The position numbers were made by a program, and so were the translations under genes. A stretch of 32,000 nucleotides of DNA from Candidatus Methylospira mobilis. Lineage in GTDB: Bacteria; Pseudomonadota; Gammaproteobacteria; Methylococcales; Methylococcaceae. The DNA lies in NCBI RefSeq assembly GCF_009498235.1, contig NZ_CP044205.1, positions 1,705,389 through 1,737,388 on the forward strand, given 5' to 3'. A model generated the notes under the pieces. That model saw nothing but the letters and a program-made list of their open reading frames with translations, searched no databases and was not told the DNA's origin. Numbering within the stretch: position 1 is the first letter of the stretch; each line of letters starts with the position of its first letter. Shown here in pieces: positions 6,469-13,743 of this stretch.

Positions 6469-9400
6469 ATGACTCGTCCCAGCAGTAAAAAGACCACGGC
6501 AGCGGTAGTCGAAAACGCCGATACGGAAGCGACAACCCTGGTTAAGGGTGAATCCTGCAGGGCCTTGAGGCCTTATCTCGTTGGGGTAGGCGCATCGGCG
6601 GGCGGCCTCGAGGCGCTTTCCAGCTTGATTGCCGCATTGCCCGCCGATCTGGGCATCTCTTACGTGGTGCTCCAGCATCTTTCTCCTACACACCGCAGCA
6701 TGATGGCGCAATTGCTCGGGCGCGAGACCGCCATGGCTGTAAAGGAAGTTGAAAACGGCGAACAACCCGAGCCGGATACCATTTATGTGGCTCCCGCCAG
6801 CAGCAACATCAAAATGAAAGACGGATGTTTTCAGTTGATTGAAGGACCGCGCGAAGCGACTCCACGACCGTCGGTCAACATATTTCTCACTTCGCTTGCG
6901 GAAGAGAAAATCGAAGACGCCATCGGAGTTATCCTGTCCGGCACCGGTAGCGACGGCGCTTCCGGTTTGCGCGATATCAAGGCGGCGGGCGGCTATACTT
7001 TCGCACAGGATCCGCAGACCGCAAAATACACGGGCATGCCGCAATCCGCTATCGATACCGGATGCGTGGACTGGGTTTTGCCGCCGGAAGGCATCGCCCA
7101 GGAAATCGCAATAATAGCGCGTTCGCACGGCGCTGTCACTGTGGCGCAGAAACCGCCGGTTGCGTCGACAGCCTTGAAAAAACTGCTGATGAAAGTGAAA
7201 CAGCAGACACGCATCGATTTTTCCGGATACAAGGAAGGAACGCTGTGGCGGCGCATAGAACGGCGCATGGCGGCGAACCATGTCAGTAATTTCGATGAGT
7301 ATCTGACGTTGGTGGAGCGCGACCACGAAGAGCTGGATCATCTCAGCAAGGATATACTGATTTCGGTTACCGCTTTTTTCCGCGATCCGGATTCGTTTTC
7401 CGCTTTGCGCATTCATGTGAATAATCTCGTTCGAGCAAAACATCCCGGAGACGAGATACGCATTTGGGTGCCGGCGTGCGCCACGGGAGAGGAGGCTTAT
7501 ACCGTCGCAATTTTGCTGGCCGAGGTGCTGGGATCGAACCTGACGCAGTTCCGCATCCAGATTTTTGCGACCGATATCGATGTGCATGCGCTGACCGTCG
7601 CGCGTAAGGGCTCCTACGCCGAAAGCGCGCTGGCCGATCTGGAACCGGGTCTGGTGCTGCGCTATTTTCAGAAGGCAGGCAATCGCCTGGAAGTGTCGCG
7701 CGTCTTGCGCGATATGGTGGTGGTGGCCAGACAGGATCTGGTGCAGGACCCCCCTTTTCTACGGCTCGATATGGTGAGTTGCCGCAATATGCTCATCTAT
7801 TTGCAAAACGAGTTGCAGGCCAAAGTGCTGGCGACTTTCCATTACAGCCTGGGTTCGAGCGGTATCCTGTTTCTCGGGAAATCCGAAGGCGTTTTTCAGC
7901 AGGAGACGTTGTTCGAAGCGGTGGAAAAATCTGCGCGCATTTACCGTCGCTTGCCCGGAGAGTCGCGTTTGCCGGTATCGGCTTTCCGTTTGCCCGATAA
8001 CGCCGATCGCGCGGCTCCTCGTATAGGGGCCGATAGCGAGTCGCGTCTACTGGATGAAGCGGTGCGCCGTTACGTTCCCTCCGCGGTATTGATTAACAGC
8101 GGGTTTGATATTCTGCATATTCACGGCGACGTGTCTCCCTATCTGTCCGTGATGGAGGGAAAACCCAATTTCAATCTGCAAAATCTGCTGCGCCGCGAAC
8201 TGCGCGCCGATCTGCAATTACTGCAGCATCATGCCGAGCATAAGCAGGAAACCGCTGTCGGGCGTCCCCATAGCCTTAAAGTCGCTAATGAACCGCGCGA
8301 TGTCAGGGTCGCTATCCATCCCCTGGAGCGCGGAGTCAACCGTCAGTTGTTTCTGGTTTGTTTCGAGGTTTTGCCGGCCGACCCGGCGTCGGTGGCGGAT
8401 GACGGCGGCGCGTCGCTGAGTGCGGAAGGCCGTAATGTCCGTGAACTGGAAGAAGAGCTGATTTCCACGCGAGAGCGTCTGCAAACGGTCATTGAAGAGC
8501 TGGAGACCTCGAACGAGGAAATGCAGGCGCTCAACGAGGAAGTCGTCGCGGCTAACGAAGAGCTTCAATCTTCCAACGAAGAATTGGAGGCGGCCAATGA
8601 AGAGCTGCAGTCTACCAACGAGGAGTTGACTACGGTCAACGAAGAGTTGCAGGTACGCTCGGGCGAGCTGGCCGATTTGCTGAACGATCTGGAAAACATA
8701 CAGAATAGCGTCGGTTTCCCGATTTTGGTATGCAACGAGCGTCTCGATCTGACCCGGTTCAATAGCCCCGCGGCTGCGCTGTTTTCTCTTTCAACGGCGT
8801 CGATAAGACAGCCTGTGCCGAGTATGCGCCTGCCGGTGGGTATGAAGGATTTTTCGGGCGAGGTTCGTGATGCCGTTTTCAATAATAGTGTCGTGGAAAT
8901 CTATGTTTTCTCCAACGAACGACAGTATCTGCTGCATGTTTCGCCCTATGAAACCAAAGTCCATGGCGCGCGTGGTGCGATCCTTGCTTTACTGGATCAC
9001 ACCGAGCGTCTGGCGGCGGAACGGGATGTACGCAAGAATCGGGAAACCTTGCTGGCGATCATGAACAACTCTACGTCCATTATTGCACTAAAGGATCTGG
9101 CTGGCCGCTACGAGTTCGTCAACAGCCAATTCGAGCGTTTCTTCAGTCTGGATGCCGGAGACGTGCTGGGTAAGACCGACGCTCAAGTGTTGCCGCGCAA
9201 GATCGCCGATGACTTCCGCACCAAAGAGCTCGAAGTCGTGCGGCTGCATGCCGCGTTGGAACTCGAGGACCATCTGGTTTTCGCTTCAGGGCAGGAGCGG
9301 TTTCTGCATTCGGTCAGGTTTCCATTGCTTGATGGGGACGGCGTAGTCTACAGTATTTGCACGCAGTCCATAGATATCACCGAACGCAAGCATGCGGAAG

Positions 9401-11073
9401 ATCAGCTCAGATTGGCTGCGCGCGTTTTTGACCGTGCCGGGGAAGGCATCATGGTGACGGATTCGAGCCAACAGATACTCACGGTCAATAGTTCGTTTAC
9501 CCAGGTTACCGGTTACGATGCGGAAGAAGTCCTTGGCAAGACGCCGAGACTGCTGTCGTCAAGAAAGCACGATGCCGCCTTTTATCTGACGATGTGGAAT
9601 CATTTGGATAATCATGGCTGGTGGCAGGGTGAAATCTGGAACATGCGCAAGAATGGAGAAGTTTATCCTGAATGGCTGACTATCAATGCCGTGTGCGACC
9701 CGGAAGGGAAAGTCATTAACTATGTCGGCATATTCAGCGATATTTCGGTAGTGAAAGAGTCGCAACGCAAGGTCGAATTCCTTGCCACGCATGACGAGCT
9801 GACCGGATTGCCCAACCGAGCGCTGTTCATGGACCGTTTGCGGCAGGCCATCGCGCATGCCGAGCGCAACGAAAACACATTTGCGGTGCTGTTTATCGAT
9901 CTGGATAATTTCAAGGTAATTAACGACTCCATGGGGCATGGCGCCGGCGATGAACTGCTTTGCGGGGTAGCGACGCGCATGCGCGATTGCGTTCGCAGCG
10001 GCGATACGGTGGCCCGGTTTGGTGGTGACGAGTTTGCGTTGCTGATCGAGGGAGCGACAGTATCCGAGGCGGAAATGGCGACGCATCGCATTGCCGATGC
10101 GATGAGCCGTCCGCACGCTATCGGCAGGCAAAATATCTATACCAGCGCCAGCGTGGGCATTTGCCTTTACCCCAACGATGGGCGCGATCCGGAAACGCTA
10201 CTGAAAAATGCCGACAGCGCCATGTATCAGGCCAAGGACGGCGGTAAGCGCTCCCATCATTTTTTTACCGAAGAGTTGAAGCAGGCGGCGGAAGAGCGCC
10301 TGAGGCTGGAGACCGAATTGCGGGGTGCCATAGAACGTGGGGGGCTGTTTCTGGTGTTTCAACCTCAACTCGAGTTGAGGAGCGGAAGGCTGGTCGGCGT
10401 CGAAGCGCTGGTGCGCTGGCAGCATCCGACTCAGGGCCTGATTTCTCCGTCCCGATTTATTCCGTTGGCTGAAACCTGTGGTCTTATCGACCGTCTGGGG
10501 GAGTGGGTGGCGGATGCCGCATGCAAGCAGATGGCCGAGTGGATGAGGCAGAGGCAGCCGATCCCGCGTATTTCCATTAATGTTTCGCCTTATCAGTTTC
10601 GCCGCAGCAACATTCCGGCGTTGATGTTGCGCCTGTTGAGCCGGCACAGCCTTGACGCCGAAAGAGTCATGCTTGAATTGACTGAAAGCGCGCTGATCGA
10701 AAATATTGAACAGACTCAACGTTTCTTGCAGGAGTTGAAGGCGCTTGGTATTCTTCTAAGCATAGATGATTTCGGCACCGGCTATTCATCGCTTTCCTGC
10801 CTGCGCAAGCTGCAAATCCACGAATTGAAAATTCCGCAAAGTTTTGTTATCGATATCGCGAGCAGCGCGGATTCCCAGGCCATCGCCAAAACCATCCTGC
10901 TGATGGCGCAGACACTGGGATTCAGCGTCGTGGCTGAAGGAATAGAGACTGCCGAGCAGCTCGACGTATTACTTGGAAACGGTTGCGAAATTGGACAGGG
11001 ATTTTTGTTTGCGCACCCATTAACCGCTGAAGAACTGATCGTGCGCTATGGCTCGGACGTTTGTCCGGCCTGA
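6469..11073 (+). CDS. Multidomain signalling protein: CheB methylesterase, CheR methyltransferase, PAS-like region, NEEL coiled coil, PAS domains, GGDEF, EAL
   Basis: 1534 aa. CheB-type motifs: GASAGG, VLQHL, SGTGSDGASG. CheR-type motifs: FFRD, ACATGEEAYTVAILL, CRNMLIYL. Several PAS/PAC-like segments lie around 8.7-9.77 kb. The diguanylate cyclase motif RFGGDEFALL is intact (GGDEF at 10021-10035). EAL-domain motifs are intact: EALVRW (EAL at 10402-10410), ELTES, DDFGTGYSSL, EGIET. Confidence 0.9.
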   Translation: MTRPSSKKTTAAVVENADTEATTLVKGESCRALRPYLVGVGASAGGLEALSSLIAALPADLGISYVVLQHLSPTHRSMMAQLLGRETAMAVKEVENGEQPEPDTIYVAPASSNIKMKDGCFQLIEGPREATPRPSVNIFLTSLAEEKIEDAIGVILSGTGSDGASGLRDIKAAGGYTFAQDPQTAKYTGMPQSAIDTGCVDWVLPPEGIAQEIAIIARSHGAVTVAQKPPVASTALKKLLMKVKQQTRIDFSGYKEGTLWRRIERRMAANHVSNFDEYLTLVERDHEELDHLSKDILISVTAFFRDPDSFSALRIHVNNLVRAKHPGDEIRIWVPACATGEEAYTVAILLAEVLGSNLTQFRIQIFATDIDVHALTVARKGSYAESALADLEPGLVLRYFQKAGNRLEVSRVLRDMVVVARQDLVQDPPFLRLDMVSCRNMLIYLQNELQAKVLATFHYSLGSSGILFLGKSEGVFQQETLFEAVEKSARIYRRLPGESRLPVSAFRLPDNADRAAPRIGADSESRLLDEAVRRYVPSAVLINSGFDILHIHGDVSPYLSVMEGKPNFNLQNLLRRELRADLQLLQHHAEHKQETAVGRPHSLKVANEPRDVRVAIHPLERGVNRQLFLVCFEVLPADPASVADDGGASLSAEGRNVRELEEELISTRERLQTVIEELETSNEEMQALNEEVVAANEELQSSNEELEAANEELQSTNEELTTVNEELQVRSGELADLLNDLENIQNSVGFPILVCNERLDLTRFNSPAAALFSLSTASIRQPVPSMRLPVGMKDFSGEVRDAVFNNSVVEIYVFSNERQYLLHVSPYETKVHGARGAILALLDHTERLAAERDVRKNRETLLAIMNNSTSIIALKDLAGRYEFVNSQFERFFSLDAGDVLGKTDAQVLPRKIADDFRTKELEVVRLHAALELEDHLVFASGQERFLHSVRFPLLDGDGVVYSICTQSIDITERKHAEDQLRLAARVFDRAGEGIMVTDSSQQILTVNSSFTQVTGYDAEEVLGKTPRLLSSRKHDAAFYLTMWNHLDNHGWWQGEIWNMRKNGEVYPEWLTINAVCDPEGKVINYVGIFSDISVVKESQRKVEFLATHDELTGLPNRALFMDRLRQAIAHAERNENTFAVLFIDLDNFKVINDSMGHGAGDELLCGVATRMRDCVRSGDTVARFGGDEFALLIEGATVSEAEMATHRIADAMSRPHAIGRQNIYTSASVGICLYPNDGRDPETLLKNADSAMYQAKDGGKRSHHFFTEELKQAAEERLRLETELRGAIERGGLFLVFQPQLELRSGRLVGVEALVRWQHPTQGLISPSRFIPLAETCGLIDRLGEWVADAACKQMAEWMRQRQPIPRISINVSPYQFRRSNIPALMLRLLSRHSLDAERVMLELTESALIENIEQTQRFLQELKALGILLSIDDFGTGYSSLSCLRKLQIHELKIPQSFVIDIASSADSQAIAKTILLMAQTLGFSVVAEGIETAEQLDVLLGNGCEIGQGFLFAHPLTAEELIVRYGSDVCPA
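8506..8652 (+). repeat. Intragenic 7 x 21-nt (heptad) NEE[LMV] repeat encoding a coiled coil
   Basis: Asn codons at 8512, 8533, 8554, 8575, 8596, 8617 and 8638 are exactly 21 nt apart. The peptide is TSNEEMQ ALNEEVV AANEELQ SSNEELE AANEELQ STNEELT TVNEELQ. Confidence 0.9.
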
Positions 11074-11085
11074 AGGGAATAGGTA

Positions 11086-11796
11086 TTGCTGTTGCATCTT
11101 CATAGTCCGAAACAGAATCGCATCCTTGCAGCATTATCTGCCGAAGATCTTCAGGAACTGTTGCCGTGCCTGAGCGTGGTTTACCTGAAAGTGGGGGGGC
11201 AACTGGCCGATTCAGGGCAGCGGCTGGCGTCTGCGTATTTTCCGATAGATAGCGTCATCTCTTTGTTTTATAGTATGAAAAATGGCGAGTCGGCGGGGGT
11301 GACCGTTATAGGCAATGAAGGCATGTTCAGTGTCTCCCAGGTGCTGGGCGGCGTGTCCATGCCATATTGGGCGACAGTGGAGGCGGCGGGGCATGCTTTT
11401 CAGGTAAATGCTGACGTACTGGATGAAATAAGCCGGCGCATGCCGGCTTTGCGAGATACTTTGTTGCTCTATGCGCAGGCCTCGTTAACTCAAATCGCAC
11501 AATCGGCGGTATGCAGCAAACACCATTCCTTGAACCAGCAGCTTTGCCAGCATCTATTGCTGATCTGCGACAAATCGCTTTCCGAAGATTTCAGGCTGAC
11601 GCATGAAACCATAGCCAGTATGCTGGGAGCGCGCCGCGAAAGCGTCACAGAAGCAGCAGGCCAGCTACGCGAGCAAGGGTTGATCGACTACAACAGAGGG
11701 CGTATCCGGGTCAGGGATCGCGTCGGGCTGGAGCAGCTGTGCTGCGAATGTTACGGTGTGGTAAGAGAGGAGTTTACGCGGCTTTTGGGGGGGTAG
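11086..11796 (+). CDS. Crp/Fnr-family transcriptional regulator (cNMP-binding-like domain plus C-terminal HTH)
   Basis: 236 aa. The N-terminal beta-roll-like region (YFPIDSVISL..GNEGMFS) and the C-terminal HTH (THETIASMLGARRESVTEAAGQLREQGLI) are typical of the family. There is no in-frame ATG near the 5' end. TTG 11086 has AAGGGA 7 nt upstream and lies 12 nt after the stop of the upstream gene. Confidence 0.8.
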   Translation: MLLHLHSPKQNRILAALSAEDLQELLPCLSVVYLKVGGQLADSGQRLASAYFPIDSVISLFYSMKNGESAGVTVIGNEGMFSVSQVLGGVSMPYWATVEAAGHAFQVNADVLDEISRRMPALRDTLLLYAQASLTQIAQSAVCSKHHSLNQQLCQHLLLICDKSLSEDFRLTHETIASMLGARRESVTEAAGQLREQGLIDYNRGRIRVRDRVGLEQLCCECYGVVREEFTRLLGG

Positions 11797-11866
11797 CCCT
11801 GGTTTGCCGCTAAGCCACAAATTGCGCAAGAGCCTCATGGCCACAGACCGCGGCAATAAATAATTT

Positions 11867-11907
11867 CCCTCCTGATTGGAAACCTGACCGGTTCCGAGTC
11901 GGGAGGG
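11867..11907. terminator. Compound stem-loop between the convergent crp-like and pirin genes
   Basis: The outer stem is CCCTCC (11867-11872) paired with GGAGGG (11902-11907). It encloses an imperfect inner stem, GGAAACC/GGTTCC. There is no clean U-run; the minus-strand side is followed by an A/T-rich AAATTATTTATT. Confidence 0.3.
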
Positions 11908-11977
11908 GGTAAGGGACGAGCCGTTCCATCATTGCCGTACGGACTACGGTCTGATAGACCCCACAGCCTGTAGACTC

Positions 11978-12829
11978 CTATGTCAACGCGCCATTGCGAT
12001 AGTCCGCCAGCGCTTGTTCTATCTCCGCCCGCGTATTCATCACGAAAGGACCGTGCTGTGCTATCGGTTCGTTCAGCGGCTTCCCTGCCAACAGCAGAAA
12101 ACGGGCGCCTTGTAATCCGGCCAGGACTTTGACCGTATCCCCATCGCTAAGCAGTCCGGCTGCGCGATTAGGCAATACTTGCCGGTCGTCGCCGATTGTC
12201 GTCTCGCCGTCATACACATATAGAAAAGCGTGGAGCCCGCAGGAGATCGGTGCGATGAAGTCCGCGCCGCCAGGAAGATGTACGTCGAGATAAAGAGGCT
12301 CGGTAGTCAGACCCTGAATCGGGCCTGAAACAAGCTGTTCGCCCCGAATAAAGTTGCCCGCTATTACCCGTACTTCGCCCCCTTCCGTCAGGGAAAGCGT
12401 TGGTATTTCGCTCGAAGCAATGTCGCGGTAGGCGGCGGGTTTCATCTTTTCCGCGGATGGAAGATTGATCCACAGTTGAAAGCCGCGCAGACGGCCTTCG
12501 CTTTGTTGCGGCATCTCGGAGTGGATGATGCCGCGTCCTGCGGTCATCCATTGCACGTCGCCGGGACCCAGGTCGCCGCGATGCCCCATATTGTCTTCGT
12601 GACGCATATGACCGTCCAGCATATAGGTGACGGTCTCGAAGCCGCGATGGGGGTGCGGTGGAAATCCGCGGATATAATCGTCGGCGTTGTCGGAGAAGAA
12701 CTCGTCCAGCATGAGGAATGGATCATGCCGTAGTCTCTCGCCGCCGCCCAGGCTGCGTTTCAGTTTGACGCCGGCGCCGTCCGAAGTGGCGACGGAAGGG
12801 ATAATGGTCTGAAGCGTGCGTATTGTCAT
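11978..12829 (-). CDS. Pirin-family protein (bicupin, YhhW/quercetinase-like)
   Basis: 283 aa with the pirin N-terminal cupin signature GFPPHPHRGFETVTYMLDGHMRHED and MTAGRGIIHSE. Full typical length. Confidence 0.9.
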   Translation of the reverse strand: MTIRTLQTIIPSVATSDGAGVKLKRSLGGGERLRHDPFLMLDEFFSDNADDYIRGFPPHPHRGFETVTYMLDGHMRHEDNMGHRGDLGPGDVQWMTAGRGIIHSEMPQQSEGRLRGFQLWINLPSAEKMKPAAYRDIASSEIPTLSLTEGGEVRVIAGNFIRGEQLVSGPIQGLTTEPLYLDVHLPGGADFIAPISCGLHAFLYVYDGETTIGDDRQVLPNRAAGLLSDGDTVKVLAGLQGARFLLLAGKPLNEPIAQHGPFVMNTRAEIEQALADYRNGALT

Positions 12830-12879
12830 GAGGCTGCTCCGGTTGTTGGTTCGTGGGTACGTATGCTCAGCGAGAATGT

Positions 12880-13101
12880 TCAGCGCGACTCGGCCACGCG
12901 GCGCGCATCCAGACTCCAGGCCCCCGCGCCAGCGACTTCCAGCACGATCACCAGCGTCAGTAAGCTGCCGGAAACGCCGGCGGAAGCCATGTAGGCTTGT
13001 GTTCCGGCATAGTGGCCGATTTTGCCAAGCCCGGAAAGCAGGAAAGTTGTTGCGAGGAAAGCGCGTCCGCCGAGTTCGGTAAATTTGTAGAAGATAGTCA
13101 T
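12880..13101 (-). pseudogene. DoxX-family membrane protein remnant, apparent in-frame internal deletion, 73 codons
   Basis: The ATG at 13101 has AGGAG upstream. The N-terminal part (FLLSGLGKIGHYAGTQAYMASAGV...VIVLEVAG) looks like DoxX TM1-TM2. It then joins directly to a DoxX-type extreme C-terminus (GAGAWSLDARR). Typical DoxX proteins are about 130-140 aa. Only 50 bp remain before the pirin start, so no other frame can supply the missing half. Confidence 0.55.
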
Positions 13102-13132
13102 AATAATTGCTCCTGAAAAAAGTAATTGTGGA

Positions 13133-13640
13133 TCAGACGGCAAGTCGGTCGATCTGCGCTTGCGCTTGGGCGGGGTTGCTACCCAGTTGCTCCTGGCCAG
13201 GGTTCAGACCCACGACCTAGATAAAGCGGATATCACGTATGCCGATAGAGTTGAAAAGCATCAATGATATATTGCGTATCCGTGTGCATCTGTGCTTCCT
13301 GATAAAAGCGCGCCCCGCGCGACCAGCGCCAGTAACCGTTTTGTCTTACAGCAGTCCGATTACGCCGGTTTAGCTGTAACGGAAGGCGAGACCTCTGCCC
13401 GTGGTAGTGATATGTGATCGAAGTAAGCCTTCAGTGCCGAGGGAATGCCGAATAAGTGATCAAGGCTTGAAATAGATCTGCGATCAGGTGCGGCGCTGGA
13501 TGATTTAGCGCCAGATCGCGTACGATCAAGCGTTTATCCGTATTTCGCGATTGTCGGGCCCGAACGAAGCGTTGCGCCAGCTTGGGAGAACGGCCTTGCT
13601 CAGAAAACAGGCTGTTATTGATTTGCATGAGAGTTTTCAT
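13133..13640 (-). pseudogene. azoR: FMN-dependent NADH-azoreductase (AzoR-like) pseudogene
   Basis: AzoR-like segments occur in three different minus-strand frames. The N-terminus is MKTLMQINNSLFSEQGRSPKLAQRFV..LIVRDLALNHPAPHL. The middle is FGIPSALKAYFDHI. The C-terminal part is GRGLAFRYS*TGVIGLL*DKTV..ISLMLFNSIGIRDIRFI*VVGLNPGQEQ..AQAQIDRLAV*. In-frame stops lie at 13217-13219, 13346-13348 and 13370-13372. The total of 508 bp compares with about 600 bp for an intact gene. Confidence 0.8.
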
Positions 13641-13708
13641 GGCTTATTTCCTTTTCATTTGCTTGGCGAGGCTATTTAATAATTGATTCAGTAGATAAAA
13701 AAGCGGAA

Positions 13709-13733
13709 TATTTCGCCTTTAATTATCGAAATA
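13709..13733. promoter_or_regulatory. LysR-type T-N11-A palindrome (TATTTCG-N11-CGAAATA)
   Basis: Perfect 7-bp inverted arms separated by 11 nt in the lysR/azoR divergent intergenic region. It lies 11-35 bp upstream of the lysR ATG and about 70-93 bp upstream of the azoR remnant ATG. Confidence 0.55.
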
Positions 13734-13743
13734 GTGAATATAT

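Noticed and set aside
6358-7587. 409-aa ORF on the minus strand
   Set aside because: It is entirely antisense to the CheB/CheR part of the 1534-aa gene. It is Arg/Gly/Ala/Ser-rich and low-complexity, with no motifs. It is a typical shadow ORF of a GC-biased coding region.
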